Shown: positions 9,095 through 18,063 of the stretch, piece after piece | How positions within the stretch are numbered: the stretch's first letter is position 1 | How the letters are laid out: each line of letters begins with the position of its first letter | From: an uncultured Clostridia bacterium | GTDB taxonomy: Bacteria > Bacillota > Clostridia > Christensenellales > Borkfalkiaceae | NCBI GenBank assembly: GCA_947631925.1 | Contig: CANRNE010000008.1 | Location: 3,683-67,682 of the forward strand | DNA length: 64,000 nt | Direction of reading: 5' to 3' | Position numbers and translations under genes: made by a program | The notes under the pieces: model-generated | The model's database searches: none | What the model was told of the DNA's origin: nothing | The model's input: only the letters and a program-made list of their open reading frames with translations

Positions 9095-10404
9095 GAGATG
9101 ACACCTCCGTATTTGGGAGCCAGCTGACCATAGAGGTACACGGTCTTCTTGGCTCGTGACACAGCGACGTACAGCAGTCGTGCTGCGGTATTGGGATCGT
9201 TACAACGGCTCAGGTTGTCGAGGTCAATGAAAATGAACTCGTAGGTAGAACCTTGTGCCTTATGCACCGTGCCAGCATCTCGCATGCGCAGATCTGGGAA
9301 GGTTTCCTTGACGTGGAAGTAGTTGATCCAGTCCTTCTGGCTCGCAAACCACTTGACCACACGGGTGAGGTGATCACGGTCGGTTGTGATCTTGACTGCG
9401 TACTCGCCACCGAAGGCATCACGGATCTTGGCATCCATGTACGGGATCTTGATCTGCGAGTTCCCTGCACCCAGCCGATACACCTTCACATCCTCGTTCA
9501 GTTCCTTCAACAGAACCTGTTCCTCGACAGCGATGTTCCGCTTCTCGGAGAGCGAGCGAACTGTGAAGGACGAGTTGCAGATCAGGTGCTCACCCTCGAT
9601 GAAGAGGGGCGGCATATCACGGAGCTGACGAACGTGGTCGTTGTAGTCCAGCACGGTGCGGTTGGCATAGGCCACGATGCGGCCTTCATGTTCTGGGTCG
9701 GTAAACTTCTCGGCTACCAGACGCTCAGCTTCGTCACCATCGGTGATGTGAACGATGGATGTTCCATTGGCCTTGATCGGATGGAAGACGCCAGTCCGGA
9801 CAGTGTCACGCAGCTGCTGGTGCAGAGCCATGAGATCCGGATCACCTGTGCGCATCTGCTCGGTGAGTTCGATCACGTCATGACCTTCCTTGAAGATGAC
9901 CGACAAGTCTTCACCAACCGGTGCCAGCTGACGATCATCACAAACGTAGACGATCTTGCAGGTTTCAGAGACCAGGGTCTTCAGGTACTGGCGCAGCTTC
10001 TTGTCGATCATCGAGGCTTCGTCGATGAACAGGATCTGGTTGTAGAGCACCCGGGTGTTGCTGGTGGTAGTCAGACGCATCATGCCCGTTTCGAAGTCTT
10101 CGGTGACCTTCAGACCCAAGTGGGAATGGATGGTACTGGTGGGTCGTCCGGTGGCGACGCTCAGAACTTCTGCTGCCTTGTTGGTGGTAGCAGTCATGTG
10201 TACTGAGGTGTACTTCACCGGGATGTTCAACAGAGCGCAGGTCTGGTGATAGGTGGGGATGATCGTGTCGATCAAGTGGCCCATGAGGAACGTCTTGCCG
10301 GTACCTCCCGGTCCGGTAAGGATCAGCTCCTTCTTGGTGTCGTCCAGCAGGAAGGCGAAGAAAGCATCTGCACCCTTCTGCTGCCCTTGGTTCAGTGCAG
10401 ACAT
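9091..10404 (-). CDS. Dda/RecD-like SF1 DNA helicase, 437 aa
   Basis: Walker A LTGPGGTGKTF and Walker B ILFIDEASMID. C-terminal GTVHKAQGSTYEFIFIDL and LLYVAVSRAKKTVYLYG. Confidence 0.9.
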   Translation of the reverse strand: MSALNQGQQKGADAFFAFLLDDTKKELILTGPGGTGKTFLMGHLIDTIIPTYHQTCALLNIPVKYTSVHMTATTNKAAEVLSVATGRPTSTIHSHLGLKVTEDFETGMMRLTTTSNTRVLYNQILFIDEASMIDKKLRQYLKTLVSETCKIVYVCDDRQLAPVGEDLSVIFKEGHDVIELTEQMRTGDPDLMALHQQLRDTVRTGVFHPIKANGTSIVHITDGDEAERLVAEKFTDPEHEGRIVAYANRTVLDYNDHVRQLRDMPPLFIEGEHLICNSSFTVRSLSEKRNIAVEEQVLLKELNEDVKVYRLGAGNSQIKIPYMDAKIRDAFGGEYAVKITTDRDHLTRVVKWFASQKDWINYFHVKETFPDLRMRDAGTVHKAQGSTYEFIFIDLDNLSRCNDPNTAARLLYVAVSRAKKTVYLYGQLAPKYGGVIS

Positions 10405-10421
10405 TTTGTTCTCCTGGTTGA

Positions 10422-10445
10422 GTGCCCCTCGTTTCCGAGGGGCAC
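10422..10445 (-). terminator. Perfect 10-bp hairpin GTGCCCCTCG-tttc-CGAGGGGCAC, no U-tract
   Basis: Sits between the MazG-like stop (10449) and the helicase start (10404). On the minus strand it is followed directly by the AGGAGA ribosome-binding site. Confidence 0.4.
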
Positions 10446-10448
10446 CGA

Positions 10449-10907
10449 TTATTTCTTGATGATGAAAGGACGGAGATTCGGCGGACGGTATTCCTTGCCC
10501 TTGCCGATCTTTCCGTTCTCCTTGAAGACCGGTGCACCGGCTTCGAACTTGGAAAAATTGGATGAGTTGACTTCACCCATCGCACCAACAATGTCCATGC
10601 CCAATGCGTGTGCACATCCAACGGAGGTGACGATGGTGTCGCACAGTCCGTCCAACAGGCTGGTACGGGCGATGTCGTCATGGACGATCAAGGCCTGTCC
10701 ACTCTTCAGGGCGTCAGACAGCTTGCGAAGGGAGGCACGGGCCTCATCCATCAGCTTCCCGGTCTGTTCGTCCAGTGGTTCGATGGCCTCCAGAGTCTCG
10801 GCCACTTCTTCGCAGTGGACGCCGAACTGCACCGAAAAAGTGTTCGGTGCGGAGGTGGGGCGAGCAGTGGTGAACCACTCCTCGGTACGTTTCAGGGTAT
10901 CGCTCAT
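10449..10907 (-). CDS. MazG-like nucleoside triphosphate pyrophosphohydrolase, 152 aa
   Basis: Helical NTP-PPase-like pattern: HCEEVAETLEA ... LLDGLCDTIVTSVGCAHALGMDIVGAMGEVNSSNFSKF ... NGKIGKGKEYRPP. Confidence 0.7.
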   Translation of the reverse strand: MSDTLKRTEEWFTTARPTSAPNTFSVQFGVHCEEVAETLEAIEPLDEQTGKLMDEARASLRKLSDALKSGQALIVHDDIARTSLLDGLCDTIVTSVGCAHALGMDIVGAMGEVNSSNFSKFEAGAPVFKENGKIGKGKEYRPPNLRPFIIKK

Positions 10908-11209
10908 GATGCGGATCCTTGGTTCTTGTGAGCTTTGACAATCAGGTCACGGATGAAGGCATTGATGGGGTACTTCACAGATACCTGCTCCGAGAGCCAC
11001 AGAAGCTCAGCTTCAGTGAGGGTACGGAGCAGCCCATCCATGAAGGCGTGGCGAGGATTTACCACAGGGATGTTCATACGCTTCAGACGCGCACTCACAC
11101 TGGTGGGGTGCATGCCGAAGTATTCAGCGATACCCGTCACCGACATCCCCATGTTGTTGAGCGTGACGATCTCTTCGTCAGAGGCTTTCTGGTTCGGTTG
11201 CTGGCTCAT
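10904..11209 (-). CDS. Small HTH DNA-binding protein, 101 aa
   Basis: Track ORF. The HTH-like segment is MSVTGIAEYFGMHPTSVSARLKR. Confidence 0.7.
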   Translation of the reverse strand: MSQQPNQKASDEEIVTLNNMGMSVTGIAEYFGMHPTSVSARLKRMNIPVVNPRHAFMDGLLRTLTEAELLWLSEQVSVKYPINAFIRDLIVKAHKNQGSAS

Positions 11210-11225
11210 GGTTCAATTCTCGAAG

Positions 11226-11253
11226 AGGCCCTACCCCTGATGAGGTAGGGCCT
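11226..11253 (-). terminator. Hairpin AGGCCCTACC-(8 nt)-GGTAGGGCCT, no U-tract
   Basis: Intergenic, between the stop at 11259 and the start at 11209. Belongs to the CTACC/GGTAG hairpin group. Confidence 0.4.
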
Positions 11254-11258
11254 ATGGT

Positions 11259-11906
11259 TTACTTCAGGAGAGCCAAGATGGCTTCCTTCTCGGTGTGGGA
11301 AACGCCCAAGGCTTCCCACGACTTCTTGGCCGCCTTCTTGATGGCAGTGGCTTCGGCAGCCTTCTTGGTCGAGCGGATCGGACGCAAGGCAGCGATCTTT
11401 TCCCTGGGGGTCAGAGGCTTCTCGATGGCCTCTTTCACGGCATTCGAGAGCTTGCCTTTCAGCGCCAGCTTCTTGGCTTCCTTTTTCACGGGAGTTTTGA
11501 CCACTGAGGCCGGCTTCACATGCTGAGCATTGGTGGGAATAGCATGGACACCTTCTGCATCAGCATTTACAACATTGCTGGTATCCAAGGGGCTGACCAC
11601 ATCAACCACACACGGTTGTGTGACCTGCTTCTTCACTTCTGCAGGGGTGTAGTGCACGTCCTCTTTCGAGGGACCGGTCACCATCACTGTGCCCAGAACG
11701 TCCGGAATCCAGCCGTTGACCAACGCGGTGACCACCGCAAGATCTTCCTTGTGCTGCACCGGGTCCATTGGCCTGTTGCTGTTCAGTGCCGCAGCTGCGC
11801 TTTCGGAGACCTTGTGGATGATGTGGTAGCGGGCAACACGTACCTTGTCAGGGGTACGGTGTGGAACCACGATCACGTCTTCAGGCCGAATCAGGCAGAT
11901 GACCAA
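11259..11906 (-). CDS. Hypothetical protein with a Lys/Ala-rich C-terminal tail, 215 aa
   Basis: Track ORF. The C-terminus reads KKEAKKLALKGK...STKKAAEATAIKKAAKK, which suggests nucleic-acid binding. It overlaps the upstream gene by 16 nt. Confidence 0.65.
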   Translation of the reverse strand: MVICLIRPEDVIVVPHRTPDKVRVARYHIIHKVSESAAAALNSNRPMDPVQHKEDLAVVTALVNGWIPDVLGTVMVTGPSKEDVHYTPAEVKKQVTQPCVVDVVSPLDTSNVVNADAEGVHAIPTNAQHVKPASVVKTPVKKEAKKLALKGKLSNAVKEAIEKPLTPREKIAALRPIRSTKKAAEATAIKKAAKKSWEALGVSHTEKEAILALLK

Positions 11907-12808
11907 TGCGCCCCCGTGGAAAGACCTGAGATAGAGCCACGGCGAGCGATGTGCAGGCCTGCTGCACAGTCCTGGCGGCGGTTGAGGTTGATCTTGCTGA
12001 TCGGCATGACCACTTCATCACCCACGCGCTGCTCCACAGTGCCGAAGTGGCAATCCGCCATTACGCCTTCTTTCCGGTTGTTCAGACGCTTGTAGGCGAT
12101 GATGTCGCCGTTGATCGTCAGCGGCAGATCGGCACGCTTCAGGAACGAAAGTACGTCCTGAGCTGTGTGCTCGAACTTGGTTTTGGCCATGCGCTTGATC
12201 AAGGCCGCTGCACCGTCACGAGAAACCTCGTTGGTCAGTGCCGCTTCCAATGCTTCAACGCCAATCATGGCTCCGTTGTCAGTCACTGCGACGATGGTCT
12301 GCTTAGCCACCTCGACACCTTGGGTCACTTCTTCCTCGGTAATCGGTGTGGCTTGCTCCATAACTTCCTGGATGCGCAACTTGGTGACGGCATCTTCCGA
12401 GATGCGAACACCTTGCTCGTCACGCGCATTTTTACCGACGTTGGTATCAACGTCGTCCAGACGGATGAACGTACCGTCGGTCTGCGTGGACAGGCCGAAG
12501 ATACGAGCAGCAACCTTGCGAGCCATACGGAAGAACTTGATAGCTCCACCGGCTTCCTTCTCGATAGCCTTCAACGGGCCAGCGATATGGGCACGGAGGT
12601 CAGAGTCCTGGATGCCCCGTACCTGATCCTCGGTGATGGTGAAGGTTTCCCCCTTGGTCAGATGGGTCTGACACAGTTCCACCAAGGCCGGCAGATCAGC
12701 ACGCCCTTGCGGGACGTTGAGGATCTTTCCGGTAGTGGTGGTCAGGGTCAGATACTGCGGCGTCAGCTGTGCCGACAAAATCTCATGTTTCATTGCTTGT
12801 AGCCTCAT
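11891..12808 (-). CDS. Protein downstream of rIIA (rIIB-like by position only), 305 aa
   Basis: Track ORF with an ATGA overlap to the rIIA-like stop. The rIIB assignment rests on position and size only. Confidence 0.7.
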   Translation of the reverse strand: MRLQAMKHEILSAQLTPQYLTLTTTTGKILNVPQGRADLPALVELCQTHLTKGETFTITEDQVRGIQDSDLRAHIAGPLKAIEKEAGGAIKFFRMARKVAARIFGLSTQTDGTFIRLDDVDTNVGKNARDEQGVRISEDAVTKLRIQEVMEQATPITEEEVTQGVEVAKQTIVAVTDNGAMIGVEALEAALTNEVSRDGAAALIKRMAKTKFEHTAQDVLSFLKRADLPLTINGDIIAYKRLNNRKEGVMADCHFGTVEQRVGDEVVMPISKINLNRRQDCAAGLHIARRGSISGLSTGAHWSSA

Positions 12809-15279
12809 TCGAAGTAGGTAGTAAGGGCCTCTTGGAACGTCAAGTCTCCAGCGAGGACTGCGGTTATTACAGCGTCAGCATCAATGAACTTCTTGACCGT
12901 GGGCAACAGTTTGCGCACTTGTTCCCGGATTGCTGCCATGTCGATACCTGTTGCCCATAGAGAACTGCGGGTCAAATAAACTGGGTCATACCACGGCAAT
13001 TCACTTGAGTTGTTGGCGAAGTGCATCATGCACAGGCCAAGGTCTCTTGCCTTGGCAGCGTCAGGTGATGGAAATATTTGCGAAATTACCTTTGCTGCTT
13101 CTGGCCCATTTCCCAGACGGCGGAAGGAAGTCTGAGAGAAGATTCCGGTCGCCACTTGTGCGTAGAAGTTGATCTGCGCATTGACATCCATGTGCTTCAA
13201 CGTCTTGTTGATGTAAGTTGAAAGCTCCGGAACTCCTTTTTTCTCCATTGCTTCGCTTTGTGGCTTGGTGACAGTCAGTGCAATCTGCTTTGCAAACTCG
13301 TGCAGAACGACGTTGTTGTGAACTGTGCAATACAGTTCGGTGCTCAGGTGGTTACCACCAGTCTTGCCGTGGGCAGTCGATGTCCGAACGTAGGCGATTG
13401 GAGCGTCAACACGAGTCTTCTTGGGATCTTCGTCGAGTTGCCTTGCTGCTTCCAAAGCAGTGACGCTGTTGAACCAGTCATTAGCTGAAGCGCGCCCTGT
13501 GCATCCTGCCGTGAGAGACAGATGGCCCAGCTTCGGGGAGCTGATCTTGACCGTCTTGGTTGTTTTAGCTGTCTTGGCTCGCTCAGGAGCTTGCCAACAG
13601 TTGTGCACTTCCCACCCAGCAGCTTTGAAGTTCTCCTCATACGCTGCTGCTTTTTTGGCTGACGAGGTGTGCAGGACAACACCGGTATTTCGGATGTTGA
13701 ACACAGGGAGATCAGTGACCAGACGGGTAATGAAAACCCGCTTTGACAGCAGCGCAAGCTGATCAACTACATCACGAGTGTCGAGCAATTCGAGATCCCC
13801 GTTGGGGTACTTCACGGACTCTCTGCCCTTCTCCACCAGTGAGCGAAACTGAAGAATTGTCTTGCGCAACTGCTTGGGCAAGGCCATGCGACGGGAGTAA
13901 TACGATGGTGCTTGTTCAGTGTTGAGCAGTCGGGTAGCGAGTTGTCTTGCAACACCCATGGAGTACCCCCGCTCATTGAGCAAGAGGGTGATGAGATCCT
14001 TCCAAAGGATTGTGGAGGCTGTCTTGAGACTGACGCCCTCCAACTTCCTGGTAGCCAGCGAAAGTGATGCGGGCATCATGGTTCTGCTCAGAAACTTTGA
14101 GAAGTGCGTCTCCAGCACCTTGAGCAGATTTCCATAGGAGATGGATCCTACGAGCACATAGCCGCTATCCAGCCCATCGAAGTTTTCGCGTGGAATAGCT
14201 ACACCATTGTCATCAGTCTTCGGTGACTCCGTTGAAGCCTTCAGCTTCTCCCGGAGTAGTGCCATCGTGTTCTTGGTGTAACCCGGGACATCGTCGAAGA
14301 GCTTGAGCGTGTTCCGCTCCAATGCCTTCAGCGTATTTTTGGTGGTCTCGGTAAACACCAAGGTTTCACGGCTGGGCTGCAACGACAGGCTATCTGCCGG
14401 AGCCTGGATCACCCATGTGTGGTCCGGGATGTGCGAAAGCTTGATGTGCTCCCGGTCCATGATCGGATAAACGACGGCACCGTAGCGGATGAGGACCTTC
14501 GCGTTCCGAGAGGTAGTTGCATAGACGGGGTTGTAATGGGCTTTGTCGGAGTAAGAAGAGTAAGAGGTCCTCACCAGCGTCGCACTTCCCGGAACCTTAC
14601 TCAGATCAATAGTTTCCAGAAAAGGAAGGTCATTGGGCTTAGTGGAACAGACGGTGTCTTTCAAGGTGGCATGAATGCCACCATAGAAGACCACCCCCTT
14701 GACGTAGGCAACCACGTCACTTATGTCGATGGAGTTGACAATAGGTACGCGGACTTCGAGACCGGTGTCTGTGGTAGGACCACGGAACATCACTTGGATG
14801 CTGGGACGCCCATCGTTGTCCGGATCGGACTTGACCAGGGTGTAGATGGTCTTGGTTCCGTTGTGGTTGCTGGTGACGAAGAATTGATCGACCACTGCCC
14901 ACGGAGCCTTAGAGCCAAGACCGAAACCACCAGTGGATCCTGAGTCGTCTTTCTTGGTGGACTCACCAAAGACCAGATAGATGTCGTCCATCTTGTCGTC
15001 GGGAATACCGTGACCGAAGTCACGAACGACGAGCATATCTCCTTGGCTCTCATCAAGTTCGCCAACGAAGATCTGAATAGGTTTGGTTACGCCGGCCTGC
15101 TGGTGTGCGTCATCGGCATTGCACACGATTTCGCGGATTGCGGCCAACAGCGGGTTGGAGTACAGCGAGGCAGACAGGATGTGGTAGAACGCTGCACTGT
15201 CTGCCATGCGAGCGGTACGGGACGACTTGGTGCCAAAGGTCACCTGAGCGATCTTGTCGCTCTCGTGAGAGATCTGCAT
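12805..15279 (-). CDS. rIIA: rIIA-like protein with an N-terminal GHKL (histidine-kinase-like) ATPase domain, 824 aa
   Basis: GHKL boxes IREIVCNADDAH, VVRDFGHGIPDD and GGFGLGSKAPW. I moved the start to the ATG at 15279 (MQISHESD) because the track's longer N-terminus overlaps the upstream terminator. Confidence 0.85.
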   Translation of the reverse strand: MQISHESDKIAQVTFGTKSSRTARMADSAAFYHILSASLYSNPLLAAIREIVCNADDAHQQAGVTKPIQIFVGELDESQGDMLVVRDFGHGIPDDKMDDIYLVFGESTKKDDSGSTGGFGLGSKAPWAVVDQFFVTSNHNGTKTIYTLVKSDPDNDGRPSIQVMFRGPTTDTGLEVRVPIVNSIDISDVVAYVKGVVFYGGIHATLKDTVCSTKPNDLPFLETIDLSKVPGSATLVRTSYSSYSDKAHYNPVYATTSRNAKVLIRYGAVVYPIMDREHIKLSHIPDHTWVIQAPADSLSLQPSRETLVFTETTKNTLKALERNTLKLFDDVPGYTKNTMALLREKLKASTESPKTDDNGVAIPRENFDGLDSGYVLVGSISYGNLLKVLETHFSKFLSRTMMPASLSLATRKLEGVSLKTASTILWKDLITLLLNERGYSMGVARQLATRLLNTEQAPSYYSRRMALPKQLRKTILQFRSLVEKGRESVKYPNGDLELLDTRDVVDQLALLSKRVFITRLVTDLPVFNIRNTGVVLHTSSAKKAAAYEENFKAAGWEVHNCWQAPERAKTAKTTKTVKISSPKLGHLSLTAGCTGRASANDWFNSVTALEAARQLDEDPKKTRVDAPIAYVRTSTAHGKTGGNHLSTELYCTVHNNVVLHEFAKQIALTVTKPQSEAMEKKGVPELSTYINKTLKHMDVNAQINFYAQVATGIFSQTSFRRLGNGPEAAKVISQIFPSPDAAKARDLGLCMMHFANNSSELPWYDPVYLTRSSLWATGIDMAAIREQVRKLLPTVKKFIDADAVITAVLAGDLTFQEALTTYFE

Positions 15280-15307
15280 TGGTTCGGGCTCTGTGAGTGA
15301 GTGGATG

Positions 15308-15343
15308 AGAAAATTAAAAGCCCTACCCAAGTAGGGTAGGGCT
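15308..15343 (-). terminator. Rho-independent terminator after the SPFH gene
   Basis: On the minus strand: AGCCCTACCC-tactt-GGGTAGGGCT followed by TTTTAATTTTC. Confidence 0.8.
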
Positions 15344-15371
15344 GGGACACCCCCACACCAAAGGTGCTGGG

Positions 15372-16202
15372 TTACTTGGTCTGGACGAGTGCGCCTTCCA
15401 TTCCATAGACCACCGTGTTGCCGGCCTTGGCCGAGTTCACGATGGTGTCGCGCTGGATCTCGGCCATGCGCAGCTGCATGACCTTGTCGTTCAGACTGGC
15501 GGCCAGAATGCCGTTGGCATCGGCCTCACCCTGAGCCAGAGCGACCAGGCGCTCGGCTTCGGCTTGTGCCAGTTCGACTTCCTTCTGCTTCTTCAGGATG
15601 TCCTGGTCCATCTGCACCTGTGCACGGATCGAGGCTTCGATGCCCGGATCGGTGGTCAGCTGACGAACGTTGACGTTGCTGACGATGAAGGCGTCCGGGT
15701 CAGTTGCATTCAGGCCGTCTTGCAGAGCTTCACGAATGGCAGAAGCCAGCTCATCGCGCCTGGTGTGCATGGTCGTGGCCGGGAACCTGGCCACTGCCTT
15801 GAACGCTGCTTCGCGTGCTTCACGGGTGATGCGCTGGTAACCCATCACGTTGACGTGGGGGGTGTTGGAACCCTCCACGATGTTGCCGTGCTGGATGTAG
15901 TCACCCTGGTACTTCACGAACAGGGACGGCACCTTGGCGGGATCGGTGGCCACATAGATGTCGAGGTCCAGATCCTGCAGGGTGAGGTTGTCCTGTGACT
16001 TCGGCTTCAGATCCGCAATCGGAATCAGGACTTCCTTGGCAGTGAACTCGGTCACGCTGTCGATGGTCACGGTGACGCCCGGACTCAACGGGGAGGGGTT
16101 GACCTTGCCCATCCAGGTACGGACACCGATGTTGCCGGAGTCGATCTGGGAGCAGCCGGTGAAGGCCAGAAGAGCCACTGCAGCGAGAATGAACTTTTTC
16201 AT
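15372..16202 (-). CDS. SPFH/band-7 (prohibitin/HflC-like) lipoprotein, 276 aa
   Basis: I set the start at MKKFILAAVALLAFTGC (lipobox). The SPFH core is followed by the typical Ala/Glu/Gln-rich coiled coil (KKQKEVELAQAEAERLVALAQGEADA). Confidence 0.85.
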   Translation of the reverse strand: MKKFILAAVALLAFTGCSQIDSGNIGVRTWMGKVNPSPLSPGVTVTIDSVTEFTAKEVLIPIADLKPKSQDNLTLQDLDLDIYVATDPAKVPSLFVKYQGDYIQHGNIVEGSNTPHVNVMGYQRITREAREAAFKAVARFPATTMHTRRDELASAIREALQDGLNATDPDAFIVSNVNVRQLTTDPGIEASIRAQVQMDQDILKKQKEVELAQAEAERLVALAQGEADANGILAASLNDKVMQLRMAEIQRDTIVNSAKAGNTVVYGMEGALVQTK

Positions 16203-16387
16203 TGGTTGAATGTCAATCCAGAGTTGGTTGAAGAGATGACCGTCACGAAGATGGCGGTCAGGAGTACAACAACGGTGGTACGAAACCCGTGGTCCCGAAG
16301 CTGAGCCCAGGCGAATGCCCGGGCCTGCTTGGAAAACACAAGGGCAGCACACACCACCACGAAAACAAAGATGATCAGGCGTGCCAC
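16199..16387 (-). CDS. Small membrane protein with two predicted TM helices, 62 aa (GTG start)
   Basis: Track ORF. AAGGAG lies 5 nt upstream of the GTG start. Its stop makes an ATGA overlap with the SPFH start. Hydrophobic stretches are LIIFVFVVVCAALVF and TTVVVLLTAIFVTVI. Confidence 0.65.
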   Translation of the reverse strand: MARLIIFVFVVVCAALVFSKQARAFAWAQLRDHGFRTTVVVLLTAIFVTVISSTNSGLTFNQ

Positions 16388-16396
16388 TTTGGCTCC

Positions 16397-17461
16397 TTAT
16401 CCGGGAACGAAGTTCTCGGGAATGGTCTGTCGGAAAGTCATCCAGCCCTTGAGGCAGCCCCATGCTTCAGGGGCACCGAAGAAGTCATACACCGTAGGGG
16501 CTTCGCCGAACGGGTCTTCTTGGGTCGGTACGATGGTCTGCAATTTGAAGACAGGCAGCGGAGTTGCTTGGTGCTCAAAGGGACTGGCGTGTACTGGCTT
16601 GCTGCCGGCAAGTTGTTCGCACAGCTCCAAATCCTTGGCGATATTGATAGTGCCATCGAACCCGAAGTAGCTGGTGCGTGCACAGCGGGCAGCCGACATG
16701 CACAGCAGCAGATGCTGCAACTCCATCGCGCGATCTGGAAAGCTTGGGTGGATCAGAGGTGTGCCACTACGGTGCGCTTCGTTGAGGAACTTAAAGGCAG
16801 CCTCCTTGTCCTCCTGACGGATGTAGGGCATATGCCATTCGCCCGGGTGCAGGAGCTTGAACTCGGTGTTCTCGTAGACCTCCCGCATCCTTTGAACCAA
16901 GGTGCGGAACTCAGGCTGTGCATCCGAGTGATCACGCAGTGCCCAGATGTTGGCGTACTGGCTCGCGGTGAAGATCACCTTGATGCTGTTGTACGGCTCG
17001 GTGATGCGGTTGGTCCACTGCTTGTGAACTTGGGCAGCATCAAAGCAGCTGGCCATGGTTCCAGCGAGCCACGCGGTGAAGTGCCATGCTTCGCCCAAGG
17101 CGATGCCATCGACGTAGAAGTTAGCTTCTGGGGTCAGGCCTACTTCGTTGCAGAAGTAGATGTAGGCGTCGGTCAGGATGGTTGGGATGAACACCCGCGT
17201 ATTGACGGCCTGACCGGCCTGCATACCCTTCTGGTTCTGGCCGAACATTTCCGGACCCCACGGGACGAACTTGGCCGTCTCGATGGCGTACTTGTTCGGG
17301 CGTGCACGGGAGCTGGAGGCGTTCTTGGCAGCGTTGCGATGGGTCATCACTTCGCCGTGAATTGAACGCCAATACTCCAGCTCATAGGTTGCGAGCTTGA
17401 TCCCAGAGACGCTGGACTGGGAGGCGCTGAGCAGCGCGACAGTGGGGGTGGATTGCATCAT
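16397..17461 (-). CDS. thyX: ThyX-like (flavin-dependent thymidylate synthase family) protein, 354 aa, atypical
   Basis: A degenerate ThyX motif THRNAAKNASSSRA (canonical RHRxxSxxxxSxR) lies near the N-terminus. LRDHSDAQPE is mid-protein. AARCARTSY...HASPFEH lies near the C-terminus. Confidence 0.75.
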   Translation of the reverse strand: MMQSTPTVALLSASQSSVSGIKLATYELEYWRSIHGEVMTHRNAAKNASSSRARPNKYAIETAKFVPWGPEMFGQNQKGMQAGQAVNTRVFIPTILTDAYIYFCNEVGLTPEANFYVDGIALGEAWHFTAWLAGTMASCFDAAQVHKQWTNRITEPYNSIKVIFTASQYANIWALRDHSDAQPEFRTLVQRMREVYENTEFKLLHPGEWHMPYIRQEDKEAAFKFLNEAHRSGTPLIHPSFPDRAMELQHLLLCMSAARCARTSYFGFDGTINIAKDLELCEQLAGSKPVHASPFEHQATPLPVFKLQTIVPTQEDPFGEAPTVYDFFGAPEAWGCLKGWMTFRQTIPENFVPG

Positions 17462-17700
17462 GCTTTCTTGGTTCCGTTGGTGGGTGAAAGGGTGACCTCA
17501 ACAGAGACGCCTGCCACCTGAGCCATACGCAACAGGGTGTCTATTGGGACGCGGTGAGGGCCGCCTGACAGCATGTTCAAACAGACCCGGGTAGTAGATC
17601 TCAGAAGAGCTGCTGATTCAGGGATGGTGCGACCGCTGGCTTTGTGCCAGTTTCTCAGTGCCCGGGTCAGGGCACTCTTCAAGGTGTCAACGTAGTTCAC
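17458..17700 (-). CDS. Small HTH protein, 80 aa
   Basis: Track ORF with ATGA overlaps on both sides. The HTH-like segment is PIDTLLRMAQVAGVSVEV. Confidence 0.65.
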   Translation of the reverse strand: MNYVDTLKSALTRALRNWHKASGRTIPESAALLRSTTRVCLNMLSGGPHRVPIDTLLRMAQVAGVSVEVTLSPTNGTKKA

Positions 17701-18032
17701 TTGCTATAACCAATGCTGGGGAAAGGCGTATCCAGAGTGATGACCGGGAACGGCTCATCATCGCGGGAGGGATCGGGATGGTAGTCGATGGTACCGGACA
17801 CGCCTACCCAATAGACGGCTGTGCGCGGTGCTGCCGGGGAGTAGCCCCAGTAGCGATGAACGGCCTGAATAGCCATCACGCCAAGGTCTGCAAGCTCCTT
17901 CTCGTTGAGGACCTCTCCATCTTGGGTTTGGCGAGTCTCCTTCACCTCTAGGGTCCCTTGGGTGGCCGTGAGCAAAACAAAATGTCCGAGCTTCTTCATT
18001 TCATTGTTCTCAAAAGAAAAATCCCCAGACAC
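17697..18032 (-). CDS. Hypothetical protein, 111 aa
   Basis: Track ORF, translationally coupled to the downstream gene. Confidence 0.65.
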   Translation of the reverse strand: MSGDFSFENNEMKKLGHFVLLTATQGTLEVKETRQTQDGEVLNEKELADLGVMAIQAVHRYWGYSPAAPRTAVYWVGVSGTIDYHPDPSRDDEPFPVITLDTPFPSIGYSK

Positions 18033-18063
18033 AATGGTCTGGGGATCTCCTACCGGTGGGTGC

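Noticed and set aside
15280-15330. Longer start of the rIIA-like ORF (MGRAFNFLIHSLTEPEP)
   Set aside because: These codons run through the terminator hairpin/U-tract at 15308..15343. The internal ATG at 15279 is the more plausible start.
16203-16463. 87-codon N-terminal extension of the SPFH ORF
   Set aside because: The extension is Arg/Pro/Cys-rich and overlaps the 62-aa membrane-protein gene in another frame. The internal MKKF...TGC start gives a textbook lipoprotein signal and an ATGA coupling.
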